A stretch of DNA of 64,000 nucleotides, from the IMG/VR virus record IMGVR_UViG_3300045971_000577, positions 186,001 through 250,000 of that record. The stretch is one strand, 5' to 3'. Of this stretch, positions 9,756 through 19,772 are shown in pieces; position 1 is the first letter of the stretch; each line of letters starts with the position of its first letter. The notes beneath the pieces were generated by a model, which saw nothing but the letters and a program-made list of their open reading frames with translations, was not told the DNA's origin and did no database searches. Made by a program: the position numbers and the translations under genes.

Positions 9756-10840
9756 TATGCCTCCTCTGCCTTCTTTGTTTCATCGACTGGATCTGCAATG
9801 ACAACCTTGAAGTCATCATCTGTAAATTCGTCCATGATTACTCGCATCTTTGCTTCGTCATTCCATTCCTTGCGGAAATACTTCATGACTTCGCCTGTTA
9901 CCTTACTTGTGTAGGAATAACGATTTCCTTCCTTGACAAGTACACCGGACTTTTCGAACAAGTCAAACAAGCCAGAAACAGGATTCATACCAGTTTCCCA
10001 CGGAATGTCAATCTTGATTGTTTCGAAAGGCTTTGCGTAACGTGTTTTGACTACTTTGCAGGTTGCTTTGATACCGGTTACTTCAGTTACCTTGTTTCCG
10101 TCTTCGTCTTCCTTCAGTTTGTACTTCTTCATTGCAACAACGATACTCGATGCAAAGATGAAGCCACTACCGCCGGAAATCTTGTCGTCTGGGTCAAACA
10201 TATCCTGACTTGCATATGTATGGTTTGTTACAGCCATACCAATGTTCAAATCACCGAACATATTCACGCAATTCGATACAAGCGACTTGAGTTGCTTTGC
10301 CTTACGGCCCATATCGCCCTTCATGTCGCCAGCACTAAACTGGTTGATGTCGGTAGGAGTCAAAAGCATACCCAACGAGTCTACAATAAACAAAATCTTC
10401 GGACGTTGATCCTTTGGAAGATCTAGATAGTTTTCCTTGTATTCCTTGACAAAATCGTGAATAATCTTTGCCACTTCATCGATCATTGATGCACCAATGC
10501 GAAGCATCTTATCTTCGGATGTATCAACACCGAGATTCTTCAGCCAGCTTTCGTCAAGCGCATTTTCTGTGTCGATCATTACGACAAAGATACCCTGCTC
10601 TTGTGCAGCCTTTGCGATGTTACCGGAAACGATATAAGACTTGCCAGCGCCGGATTCGCCTGCAAATACTGTAACCTTACCCATTGGAATACCTTTGAAA
10701 AAGTCTCCACTGATAAGATAGTTCAATCCATAGGATCCTGTACTGATCCAAATATCAGGATCGTTAAATCCTGTCGAAATGCCTGTGATATTCTTAGTCA
10801 ATCCCTTTCTAAAACGGGATATATCAAATGCTTTTGCCAT
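9755..10840 (-). CDS. uvsX: RecA/UvsX recombinase
   Basis: GESGAGKS Walker A; IVDSLGML; NHTY; GGSGFIFASS. Confidence 0.93.
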   Translation of the reverse strand: MAKAFDISRFRKGLTKNITGISTGFNDPDIWISTGSYGLNYLISGDFFKGIPMGKVTVFAGESGAGKSYIVSGNIAKAAQEQGIFVVMIDTENALDESWLKNLGVDTSEDKMLRIGASMIDEVAKIIHDFVKEYKENYLDLPKDQRPKILFIVDSLGMLLTPTDINQFSAGDMKGDMGRKAKQLKSLVSNCVNMFGDLNIGMAVTNHTYASQDMFDPDDKISGGSGFIFASSIVVAMKKYKLKEDEDGNKVTEVTGIKATCKVVKTRYAKPFETIKIDIPWETGMNPVSGLFDLFEKSGVLVKEGNRYSYTSKVTGEVMKYFRKEWNDEAKMRVIMDEFTDDDFKVVIADPVDETKKAEEA

Positions 10841-11351
10841 TATTATTCCTTTTCATATAATCTAATATTTTCTCAAGTTCGTCGATAGACATATTAGATT
10901 TGAGTTTATTTGCTCGCCAGCTAATTATGAATACGTTTCCCGGCACATAACCTAATTCCGGTACAAGTTTGTCAATACTTGCCTTGCAGGGATCTCGTGT
11001 CTGCTTACCATCTTCACCTGTACTGCAAGCATAATTTAGTTTCACACCGAGCACTGGGCAAAATTCAGGTTTATGTAATTCTTCAAATGTAATAGAAAAC
11101 GGTATTCCATTTTTTATAGCAGATTGCCGTCTATGATGAAATTGTCTGAAGAATGTATTCTCGGGATTTCGATAATTATTTCTATCCGTAATCTGATGAA
11201 TTTCCTTAGCACACTGAATGCAGGTCTTTGTCGAAACTCTACGCTCGGCAATATGTCCATGCTTGCAGGGTTTACCCGTAAAGTATGTGGATTTACCCAA
11301 TAGTATTGCTTCTTCTCGGGCCGCATTCAGGCGATAAGGTCGTTTTATCAT
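10824..11351 (-). CDS. HNH-type homing endonuclease
   Basis: CKHGH..CIQC, CPVLG, SIDK..PELGYVPGNVFIISWRANKLK; likely start MIKRPY at 11351. Confidence 0.75.
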   Translation of the reverse strand: MIKRPYRLNAAREEAILLGKSTYFTGKPCKHGHIAERRVSTKTCIQCAKEIHQITDRNNYRNPENTFFRQFHHRRQSAIKNGIPFSITFEELHKPEFCPVLGVKLNYACSTGEDGKQTRDPCKASIDKLVPELGYVPGNVFIISWRANKLKSNMSIDELEKILDYMKRNNNGKSI

Positions 11352-11357
11352 AAACGT

Positions 11358-11377
11358 AAATGGGGATTTCTCCCCAT
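11358..11377 (-). terminator. Hairpin ATGGGGA-GAAA-TCCCCAT after gp32
   Basis: Perfect stem with GAAA tetraloop right after the stop. Confidence 0.5.
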
Positions 11378-11382
11378 TTATC

Positions 11383-12444
11383 TCATTTATTACGATTTCT
11401 GAGCATCGCAAGGATTTCTTGCGGTGTCTTACCGGCAGCTGGGGCTGCGGCTGTCGCTTCTTCCTTGACAACTGTCTTAGGAGCATCTGGTTCGAAAGGA
11501 GGATCTTCCGACTCAACTTCCTTTGTTAGCACTGGGGCAGCCTTCACAGGTGCTGGTGCTGGTGCTGCTGGACGCGGACTGGTTACCGAGGCGCGCTGAA
11601 CACGTTGACGTTCGCCACCATCTGCATCATCCTTAGAACCACTGTCGAAGCCGAATGGCTTGTAATGTTGGCTCCACAGCGATGGGTCATACAGTTCACC
11701 ATCCAACGATGCCTGGAACATATCGAAGATAATCGATAGTTGCTCAGGTGTAGGACGCTTTGGAAGATATGTAGACAAGTCTACCAAACCGTACTGGTCA
11801 ACAGCGGCTTGCATTTCTTCTGTGAGACTGGATTCCTTGCGTGCCCACTTCGATGTGCCGTAATCAGCAAAACCACCCTTGCTTGTCTTGTTGACAATAA
11901 AGTCGGTACCGTTGATGTAATCAACCGGGCTGTTTTCCATATCAGGATCCAACAATGCAGCCTTGATGATTGCAAAGATTTGTGGTCCGATAATGAACTT
12001 ACGGATTGGGTTTTCTGGCTTCTCAACTTCATTCAAGCCGTCTTGCTTCACGAAACCCTGCATGTAATAGGTACGCTTGCACCAATACTTACGGGCTGTG
12101 TCTTCAAGAGACTTATCCTTCCACCATGGACGTACTTCGTTCAAGATTGGGCAGGTCTTCGGACCGTCCCACATTTCGATACAAGGCACTTGTACTTCTA
12201 CAGGCTTGTTTTCGTCTTGACCCTTGATGCCAGGGAATGCTAGCTTGATGATTTGACGTTCAGCCCAGAAGAATGAATTATCTGGATTTGCGTCTGGCGC
12301 GAAACGGAGGATTGATGATGTACCTTCGGCGATGTTCCAATGTGCATAAGTTGCTTTATCGCCACCACTGAAATTGCCTCCACCGCCCTTACGGGATTCG
12401 ATGGCTTGTAGCTTTCTACGGATTTCTTCTAATGTTTTGCTCAT
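11383..12444 (-). CDS. Single-stranded DNA-binding protein, gp32-like
   Basis: LRFAPD..NSFFW, VPCIEMW..CPIL, GTDF..KTSKGGFADYGTSKW; low-complexity C-terminal tail. Confidence 0.88.
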   Translation of the reverse strand: MSKTLEEIRRKLQAIESRKGGGGNFSGGDKATYAHWNIAEGTSSILRFAPDANPDNSFFWAERQIIKLAFPGIKGQDENKPVEVQVPCIEMWDGPKTCPILNEVRPWWKDKSLEDTARKYWCKRTYYMQGFVKQDGLNEVEKPENPIRKFIIGPQIFAIIKAALLDPDMENSPVDYINGTDFIVNKTSKGGFADYGTSKWARKESSLTEEMQAAVDQYGLVDLSTYLPKRPTPEQLSIIFDMFQASLDGELYDPSLWSQHYKPFGFDSGSKDDADGGERQRVQRASVTSPRPAAPAPAPVKAAPVLTKEVESEDPPFEPDAPKTVVKEEATAAAPAAGKTPQEILAMLRNRNK

Positions 12445-12555
12445 GATTTTATTTCCTGCTTTAGTTTATATTGAACGCTATTATTCGAGCTGCGATCTAC
12501 TTGGGTCACGTTAGGCCCTTTCGCATCTTACCTGCTAAGGTCTTCGTATGCAGCT

Positions 12556-12584
12556 AGTGTACGAAAACCTTGTGTGTTTGTCAA
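12556..12584 (-). promoter_or_regulatory. Sigma70-type promoter upstream of gp32
   Basis: TTGACA-17-TACACT. Confidence 0.75.
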
Positions 12585-12591
12585 GAACTTC

Positions 12592-14265
12592 TTAGTAGAA
12601 GTTCAATATATATTTATCAAAAAATACTGACAAGTCAGTGGACTCTTTGATTTCTTTCTTAGCTACAGGTGCCTTTTCAACAATCTGTAGATTTTCAAGA
12701 ACTTGTGTAATAACTGCTTTTTCGAAATCGTTTACAATGCCTTCCTTGCAAAGCTTTGTACCAACCTTGTTGACAAATCCTGCAAGCTCTTCATTTTCAA
12801 CAATTCTTAGAGCAAGTTCATTCAATTTGAATCCTAAACGAGCATTTTCGCTTGCAAACTCAAACATCGGTGTAGTATTTATAGCCTCTCTGCGAATCAT
12901 GACAGGAATCGCGGCAGCCTCTTCAATACGCTTATGGAAGGTATCCTTCTCTTGAACCATTTGCTTGATGATAGGAAGCACGCCTTCGAACTTCTCGTCG
13001 AAGCGACGAATAGTGAATAGATCCTTTAGACCGGAAGTGTCATCTTCTGAAAGAGCTTCACGTTCAAATGTTTCAAGACGAGCCTTTACGGTCTCGTATG
13101 TCTTCGAGCCAGTTAGCTTACGGAGTTCGGTACGAATGGTCTCGATGTTCTCTTTCACTGTGTCCACAATGCTGGAGCTATCTTCGTTGATTAGTCTGTT
13201 TGTAGTTACATAGCGATTAAAAGATTGTAGCTTTAGAAGATTGCCAGTACTTTCAGCAATGTAAGCACCTACCTTGTCGCCCATTATACCGCCGTGTGCC
13301 ATATGTTGTGCCATTGCACGAGCACCCGGAAGATAGGTATGTGGGAAGCGGAAGCGTTCGCCGTTGCACTCAAGGAAAATCGCCGAAATTTGGCGAGAAC
13401 GCGCACCTCTAACATTCTCGTCTACAGGAGTCTTGTGACGGACAAGAAGACGAACGTTTTCCAAGGTTTGTTGCGAAGTACGAGCAGAACCGAACATCTT
13501 ACTAAAGCTTTCCATAATAGCCTCGTCAACTGCTGCACAATAGAATGGAGAACCATCTGCTGCATCTGTTTGTCCGTTTGTTGCGATCTTTCCATCCGTA
13601 ACTAGCTTGTTCAGTGCCTTTTGAACATCACCAAGGTGTGTTCCTTTGATATTCTTTACAAGACCGGATGCTGTAAACGTTCCACCTGTCTTTGTAATCA
13701 AGTGGACAATCTGCCCCATCAAATGACTATTCACTGCTGTATTTTCCATCACTGCACCTACCACTCTACATTGAGATTTATCTAAATTATGAAGTATTCC
13801 CTTATTGTCTTTAACAATGACACTGTTACCTATGAGTTTAGTAACTTCGCCCGAAATAATTCCAAATCGACCCGAGGAACATACTACGGATGTGCCTACT
13901 GATATATTTTCACTATTTTCCATCACCGCACCTTGCTGATTCTTTGCTTGATATGCGAAATGTTTTGGTTCGATTGCCTTACCAAAGACCTTTATCTTTG
14001 AGTTCATCATAAACTCGTCTGCCAATCTGCGGATATTCTTCTGCAGAGTCAACACGGTATTATCGACGGATGCACCCTTGCTGAACTCTACATTGTTACC
14101 TTCTTCGTCGATTGTTACCATTAGATTCGGATTAGCGACAAAGAAACGACGGCCTGCTTCGGGATCGGTCGTTTCTGCACCCTCGGCATCGAAAATCTTT
14201 ATCTGCAAACCATTACCTTTCAGCAATGAAAAGATTTTCCCAGCGAGTCCGTTTTTTTCTTCCAT
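12592..14265 (-). CDS. Conserved late protein with inserted KOW-like and winged-helix-like modules
   Basis: Follows the terminase and a GATAAATA box (14284-14291); modules bounded by GAVME repeats. Confidence 0.7.
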   Translation of the reverse strand: MEEKNGLAGKIFSLLKGNGLQIKIFDAEGAETTDPEAGRRFFVANPNLMVTIDEEGNNVEFSKGASVDNTVLTLQKNIRRLADEFMMNSKIKVFGKAIEPKHFAYQAKNQQGAVMENSENISVGTSVVCSSGRFGIISGEVTKLIGNSVIVKDNKGILHNLDKSQCRVVGAVMENTAVNSHLMGQIVHLITKTGGTFTASGLVKNIKGTHLGDVQKALNKLVTDGKIATNGQTDAADGSPFYCAAVDEAIMESFSKMFGSARTSQQTLENVRLLVRHKTPVDENVRGARSRQISAIFLECNGERFRFPHTYLPGARAMAQHMAHGGIMGDKVGAYIAESTGNLLKLQSFNRYVTTNRLINEDSSSIVDTVKENIETIRTELRKLTGSKTYETVKARLETFEREALSEDDTSGLKDLFTIRRFDEKFEGVLPIIKQMVQEKDTFHKRIEEAAAIPVMIRREAINTTPMFEFASENARLGFKLNELALRIVENEELAGFVNKVGTKLCKEGIVNDFEKAVITQVLENLQIVEKAPVAKKEIKESTDLSVFFDKYILNFY

Positions 14266-14301
14266 GATTAACTTCCTTTAGCTTATTTATCTTTATACGG
14301 G

Positions 14302-15876
14302 TCAGATGAACACAGGCATCGGTGCGTCGTATTGTGAATGTTCCCTATCAGCAATGTTGCTGTTGATAGCATTCTGAGATTTATCATCCCACGTAGATAT
14401 AAAGTCTGTCATTCGAACTGCAAGAATCATGGCCATAATCAAGTCGTCTGTTTGACCAATACGAGCTTCGAATGTATTCGCTCTGGATACGAAAACTTTC
14501 AACTCCGACAATAGACCTTTAGAGTTGATTTTCATTCTACCAGATTCAATCAAGAACTTCAATTTAGCGCATGCTTCGAGCTTGGATTTATTTGTTGTAA
14601 CGAATCCTGCTCTACGGCCGGTCTTACCTTGTAGTCTATTCTTAGGATCATGCAACATTGTGCCGGGAAAGTTTTCTTCGCCTGTGTCTCGAATAACAAC
14701 AAGAGCAGCTTCGCCAAGTGAATTACTTTCTACAGACCAGTAAATTTCAGGCTTACCTGCGTTGTGTAATTCTTCAAGAATGGTACGCATAGTGCGAACC
14801 TGATCTTCAATCACTGTTCTGTTACTACTCCATTCTGCAACCTGCACAAGTGTAGGAAGCTCTAATACCTGAATAGCTGCATTGTCGCCGCCCGTCCCCA
14901 TAGACGGGTCAAGAGAAACGACATATGTAAGATCAGGGTGAATAGGCGCATACCAGCGAACCTGTCCAGTCTTACGTATAGGTTGCCTTGATTCCAGCTG
15001 TGAGAGTTTGACAGCATTGATAAGTGTTTCCTCGAATGTAATGAACTGACATTCATGTTCGCGTAGGAAACGGTCTTCACCTAGTGCAGCACGTTCCGAA
15101 TCTGCCCAATCCTGGTTACGATCAGGATGCGATGACCATGTGGAAATATATGGTCTGAAACCGTTTTGTCCTATCTCTGTTTCGTTTCCGTTAGCATCAA
15201 CCAGCTTATTTGCACCAAACCATATATCAGCGAATTGATCTTCGTCAGTATTAGGGGTCGAAGTGATAATACACTTACCACCAGTGGATAGTGTAGGAGA
15301 TAGGGAAGTCCAAAACTCTTTAGCGATATTAGGTTCAACGAATGCAAATTCGTCAAGGTAAACTAACGACAAGGATAATCCACGACCTGTGTTTTCTGTT
15401 GTTGTTGTCGCTACGATACGTGACCCATTATCAAAGTCAACAGAGCGTTTATTGTAAGATTTCACACCTGCACGGATATGGTCAGGCACCGACTCATACG
15501 CATAACGCACTCTATGCATGATTTCCTGTGCGCCATCGTATTTGTTCGATGCAACCAGAATAGTTGCATCATTCACAAACATTGCATACCAAAGAAGGTA
15601 TCCTGCCGCAACTGTGGTTTTACCCATCTGACGGCTTACCATGTTTACCGACTTTCTGTAACTGTGATAAGTGTGTATTAGATCAATCTGAAAATCATAT
15701 AGCTGTAGCTTTTCTCTACCACGCATCGGGTGCTGAATGTACATAAAGTTAGTAATGAAATATTCCGGTCCAGTATCCGGATCCATACATTTGCGTAGTT
15801 CATCGATTTGTTCCTTTGTATAGGAAACCTTCGTATACGCACGTTTTACGAGTTTATCGTCTTGATAGATAGCCAT
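14302..15876 (-). CDS. Terminase large subunit (gp17-like)
   Basis: SRQMGKTT, YLDEFAF, ITSTPN, SLDPSMG, TDDLIMA. Confidence 0.95.
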   Translation of the reverse strand: MAIYQDDKLVKRAYTKVSYTKEQIDELRKCMDPDTGPEYFITNFMYIQHPMRGREKLQLYDFQIDLIHTYHSYRKSVNMVSRQMGKTTVAAGYLLWYAMFVNDATILVASNKYDGAQEIMHRVRYAYESVPDHIRAGVKSYNKRSVDFDNGSRIVATTTTENTGRGLSLSLVYLDEFAFVEPNIAKEFWTSLSPTLSTGGKCIITSTPNTDEDQFADIWFGANKLVDANGNETEIGQNGFRPYISTWSSHPDRNQDWADSERAALGEDRFLREHECQFITFEETLINAVKLSQLESRQPIRKTGQVRWYAPIHPDLTYVVSLDPSMGTGGDNAAIQVLELPTLVQVAEWSSNRTVIEDQVRTMRTILEELHNAGKPEIYWSVESNSLGEAALVVIRDTGEENFPGTMLHDPKNRLQGKTGRRAGFVTTNKSKLEACAKLKFLIESGRMKINSKGLLSELKVFVSRANTFEARIGQTDDLIMAMILAVRMTDFISTWDDKSQNAINSNIADREHSQYDAPMPVFI

Positions 15877-16352
15877 TAGTCCCAGTCCCTCTCAGGTTCA
15901 TCAAAGTCTTGCTCTGGCGGTTCTAGATTCTCTACCGCTTTTATGAATAACTTATTTATGTCGGCTGTATAGAAAGTCGGATTCAAAAGTTGTTTCAAAA
16001 CATGTGGATCCACATGTTGCTGTAGTACATAAAATTCAACTTCATCATTATCAACAACATATGATCCGTTCGGAGTGAATGTTACTGAAGTTACAGTAAT
16101 ATCACCAAAAGTAGCAGTTGTATAGGATGTGTAGGTTGGCTGATCTGTACCGTGATTCCAACCAGTCGGTTCTTCATCAGTTTCCCAACCAATTTCGGCA
16201 GTAGCAGTTACGTCGATCGAATAACCGATATCCATCGACTGACCGTTTTTAGATTGAACTTTTGCAGACATGCTGAGAGTTCCATCAAAATCAACGGATC
16301 TGCTATCAGCATATGCATTATCGTGATAATCCTGTAGTTGGACATCTGCCAC
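15876..16352 (-). CDS. Hypothetical protein; possible frameshift extension of 16363-17514
   Basis: GTG ORF; its frame is open upstream through the A10 run (KKLTESAL). Confidence 0.6.
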   Translation of the reverse strand: MADVQLQDYHDNAYADSRSVDFDGTLSMSAKVQSKNGQSMDIGYSIDVTATAEIGWETDEEPTGWNHGTDQPTYTSYTTATFGDITVTSVTFTPNGSYVVDNDEVEFYVLQQHVDPHVLKQLLNPTFYTADINKLFIKAVENLEPPEQDFDEPERDWD

Positions 16353-16362
16353 AAGGGCAGAT

Positions 16363-17514
16363 TCAGTTAACTTTTTTTTTTGGATCAGTGGATTCTTTCA
16401 AGAAGTCTCTGTAACCTAAGACAAGTTCCTTATGTACTTCTGCTACTTGCATTTTCTTTTGTTCGGGATTATCGCCTTGTCGTGCTCCAGATGGACCGAC
16501 TGCGGTGACAACTGGACTATCTGCACCATCTGGGAAGAAATCTTCGCCCTGTGCAACTTCAATATCGCTATATCCATTGTTTAGATCTTCTTCCATACCC
16601 TTATCAAACTTACGAGAATATGACGAACCTTGGACTCCGTTGCCTTCACCCTTAAGGATCATATCATATAGAAGCTTTACAACTGCCATTGTGTTTCTAG
16701 AACCCTCGAGTTGACGGATAAGATACTGTTTCTTAACGTCGGATGTGTTTGTTCCATTGATGATTTCTGCTGCGCGAGCTTTTGCTGTATCATGCGGCAT
16801 GCGTGCCATAGCATTAACTTCGGCAGGGTTGATCATGTCTGGTTTGGCTTCAAACATTCTGTCATCTTCATCACCCATGTCATCATCGGCGCCCATATCA
16901 CCCATACTATCTGGATTACCCATCTCGCCTTGGCGCATTGTATAGTCAGTGTAATCTTCGGCACCTATATTATCGTCGCCACCTTGACCAGTAACTACTT
17001 CGAGTTGTTTATCAAACACACGTTCAAAATCTGGATTATCTCCATAACCCGTCTGGCCTGCTACCATAGACATTAACTCTTCTCTGCTTGTGGCTGTGGG
17101 ATACATGTCACGGATAACACTGCCGATAAAATGGTCATCGTAGTCTGTCATTGTTTCCATTACGTCATCTTCGTCGATTTCGGCAGGGATTGCTATATCT
17201 TCCCTAACATCTTTCTTAGCGGCAATCTTTGATGTTGCCTTGGCTACATTTCCTGCACCTTTTTCGGCACGCTTGGTTAGCCAATCTGCTTCATCATCCC
17301 ATGCGGCGGCCTTTTTTGTATCACCGTGCTTCCTCTTGTCGGTGGCCATATCCTTAGCACCCTGAGCGTCACGCTGATCAGCATGCACATCTTTGCCACG
17401 TTCCTTAGAATATGACTTCAGCGTGTTTTTGCTAAGTTCGGTTAGAACAGGATTGATGCCAGGCACTGCCACAACACCCTCCATCAAGGAAATAAGTTCT
17501 CTCATACTTTTCAT
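16363..17514 (-). CDS. Acidic head-core/internal-protein-like modular protein
   Basis: MKSMRELISLMEG start; several xxE-bounded cassettes; ends at the A10G run. Confidence 0.65.
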   Translation of the reverse strand: MKSMRELISLMEGVVAVPGINPVLTELSKNTLKSYSKERGKDVHADQRDAQGAKDMATDKRKHGDTKKAAAWDDEADWLTKRAEKGAGNVAKATSKIAAKKDVREDIAIPAEIDEDDVMETMTDYDDHFIGSVIRDMYPTATSREELMSMVAGQTGYGDNPDFERVFDKQLEVVTGQGGDDNIGAEDYTDYTMRQGEMGNPDSMGDMGADDDMGDEDDRMFEAKPDMINPAEVNAMARMPHDTAKARAAEIINGTNTSDVKKQYLIRQLEGSRNTMAVVKLLYDMILKGEGNGVQGSSYSRKFDKGMEEDLNNGYSDIEVAQGEDFFPDGADSPVVTAVGPSGARQGDNPEQKKMQVAEVHKELVLGYRDFLKESTDPKKKVN

Positions 17515-18173
17515 AGCTTACCTACCTTCATTGGACTGGTTTTCTTTACGCGGCCGAAGAAACCAACATCGGCTGTTTTTAGATTTTTAGGATTATTGAA
17601 TCCGTCATACCCCTTAGGTAGGGTAGAATGATCAGTCGATGCATTAGGACTCAATGGGTTATTTACGGTAACAATTGGTCTTTCTTTACGGACTTGTTCA
17701 AGTTCCTTCAAGAATCCCGTTGTATATGCTTCTCCGTAAGGAACGGCTTCTCCGCCCTCGTAATCACTCCCGAGTTGTGTCTTGTACTTTGCTTTGAACT
17801 CTGGAGAATTTCTGTCTAGATACAAATCTGTTTCAATTTGTCTTGGGTCATTTTCAGAGTATACAGCTAGTTGACCTGGAGAAATTCCAAGATTGTTGCA
17901 TACATATGTTCTTAGGAAATCAAGCGAACCCGGATATCCAAGAACTAGATCGCAAATGAATACAGGTGTATTCTTAACATTTGGAAAATCAAGCGGACTT
18001 TCCTGAATAGGTGTTTTTCTAAATGACGATGCTGACTTTAGGTCATACTTCTTTAACGAAGTTTCCAAACTATCAACCATCGCATCTGTCATTTCGTTCA
18101 CAGCAAACTTCAAGACATACTTATATGCTGTCTTTGTTTCTGCAACGTATGATGTAAAAGATTTCTCTGCCAT
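17511..18173 (-). CDS. Conserved structural-region hypothetical protein
   Basis: Long ORF in the late cluster. Confidence 0.75.
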   Translation of the reverse strand: MAEKSFTSYVAETKTAYKYVLKFAVNEMTDAMVDSLETSLKKYDLKSASSFRKTPIQESPLDFPNVKNTPVFICDLVLGYPGSLDFLRTYVCNNLGISPGQLAVYSENDPRQIETDLYLDRNSPEFKAKYKTQLGSDYEGGEAVPYGEAYTTGFLKELEQVRKERPIVTVNNPLSPNASTDHSTLPKGYDGFNNPKNLKTADVGFFGRVKKTSPMKVGKL

Positions 18174-18193
18174 ATCTGACTCCAGTGTTAATG

Positions 18194-18697
18194 CTATTTA
18201 TCAGACTTTTCTGATTTACTGGACACAATATACTTGAGGAGTTCGTTGCGATCGAACTCGCCACCGCCTGCCATTTTTCTATCGCCGTTACCTTGATCAA
18301 TGTCAATTTGTTCTGAACGAACTTTCTTCAACTGCAAATCAATCATCTTTAACTTTCTTTCGGCCTTAGCATTCTTCGCGTCAAGTGCAGTCTTTAGCAT
18401 CTGTCCTGCCACTTCATAAATCTTGCCTGCATGCATATCCGGTACATTACCACCTAGCGCAATAAGATCGTCAAACGTGCGAACTGCCTTGGCTGCGATT
18501 TCATCCATTTCGGAATCATGTGAATCTAATCCCACAACGGTAGGTAGTGCAAAATCCACCTTTTCAGCAGTTGTAAGGGATGATAATATTCCTGTTGCTT
18601 CTAGCATAAGATCATCTCTGGATTTCATTGGTACAATTTCCTCTACTTCTGTTACAGAAGGAGGAAGATTGAAGAAATCTTCCATCGGCTTAGTCAT
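18194..18697 (-). CDS. Conserved coiled-coil hypothetical protein
   Basis: ORF upstream of the head/terminase cluster; small-terminase role possible but unproven. Confidence 0.7.
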   Translation of the reverse strand: MTKPMEDFFNLPPSVTEVEEIVPMKSRDDLMLEATGILSSLTTAEKVDFALPTVVGLDSHDSEMDEIAAKAVRTFDDLIALGGNVPDMHAGKIYEVAGQMLKTALDAKNAKAERKLKMIDLQLKKVRSEQIDIDQGNGDRKMAGGGEFDRNELLKYIVSSKSEKSDK

Positions 18698-18945
18698 TAT
18701 GCTTTCCTTTTATTTCTGTGATAGCTGACCAATTTAGAAAAAGAATCTATGATATCGGAAAATCCGGAATCGTTAATGTTATATTTACTCATAATTGTCG
18801 AAGATATTTCTAAGAGAGAATTAAATTCATTATCTGTCAGCATAACATTATTATCTATTACCGAATTTACCATAGATATAAATTCATTTCGCTCGTGTTC
18901 GAGATATCTGGTCGTAATACTAATTGTTATTTCGATTAGTCTCAT
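18697..18945 (-). CDS. Hypothetical protein (MRLIEI leader)
   Basis: AT-rich ORF. Confidence 0.55.
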   Translation of the reverse strand: MRLIEITISITTRYLEHERNEFISMVNSVIDNNVMLTDNEFNSLLEISSTIMSKYNINDSGFSDIIDSFSKLVSYHRNKRKA

Positions 18946-19078
18946 GCCTCTCTATTGCACCTTTTAGTATTTTGTTCATTTCTTTAAGACATTCGAGCTG
19001 GCCTTCTATTTTTTCCTGATGGGTTAATTCGGCTGATTCTTCAACTTTTTCTTGCGACTTATCATTTTTTTCAATCAT
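18920..19078 (-). CDS. 52-aa hypothetical protein
   Basis: Hand-translated MIEKNDKSQEKVEESAEL...; overlaps both neighbours. Confidence 0.5.
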   Translation of the reverse strand: MIEKNDKSQEKVEESAELTHQEKIEGQLECLKEMNKILKGAIERHETNRNNN

Positions 19079-19752
19079 AACATCAATCCTAATGTTTTCA
19101 AATATATAATTTTTTCTTGTTTTTCTTCATCTGTTGATAATCTTAAAAATGTCCATCCTTTATATGATTCTTTCTTTCCTTTACATAAATCTGACACATA
19201 TTCGAGTATCAAATTATATTTTTTACATTCGTGCAGTAAAGGGCCAAACTGTATCTCTTCTCCTGTGGGGGATTTTAGCCATGCATAAATTGTCCTACTT
19301 GTAGTTTTCATCACACCTGTCTGAGACAGAGAGCATTGCAATTTAGATTCCTCTTTATGAGCCTTACCCGACATTCCCGAAGATGTCTTACGTCCTAATA
19401 ATGATTTCCTTCGTTTATCATTAGATTCCTTGGTTTGTATAATCCCTGTTCTTGCTTCTATATTTTTTCGTTTAATCCATCCAAACATTTTATTATTTCT
19501 AATATTGTTTTTTGACATGCACAATGCACTCAGCGCATATACCAACTTCCGTTCAGTTGGGTATATTTTTACTAATAGTTGATGTGCTACAAAATGCTCT
19601 TCGGGTGTTAATTCTACCAAATTTATTTTAGAATTATTACCACCCAAACATTTAGGTATAATATGATGTTTTTCCTTATAACCTATTATCTGTCTATTTT
19701 TTGCCCTATTGATTAAATTATCGTAGTGTTGCTTATAATTCATCTCCATCAA
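19075..19752 (-). CDS. HNH homing endonuclease (NUMOD3-type)
   Basis: EKHHIIPKCLGG.N...NLVELTPEEHFVAHQLL. Confidence 0.85.
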   Translation of the reverse strand: MMEMNYKQHYDNLINRAKNRQIIGYKEKHHIIPKCLGGNNSKINLVELTPEEHFVAHQLLVKIYPTERKLVYALSALCMSKNNIRNNKMFGWIKRKNIEARTGIIQTKESNDKRRKSLLGRKTSSGMSGKAHKEESKLQCSLSQTGVMKTTSRTIYAWLKSPTGEEIQFGPLLHECKKYNLILEYVSDLCKGKKESYKGWTFLRLSTDEEKQEKIIYLKTLGLML

Positions 19753-19772
19753 CCCTAAAAGTCATATAGTAT

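Noticed and set aside
11352-11516. N-terminal extension of the 10824-11516 ORF
   Set aside because: It overlaps the gp32 tail in another frame; the HNH protein more plausibly starts at 11351.
5937-15876. Inteins or group I introns in helicase, RecA or terminase
   Set aside because: All three ORFs are continuous and of normal length with no Hint motifs; the nearby endonucleases are free-standing.
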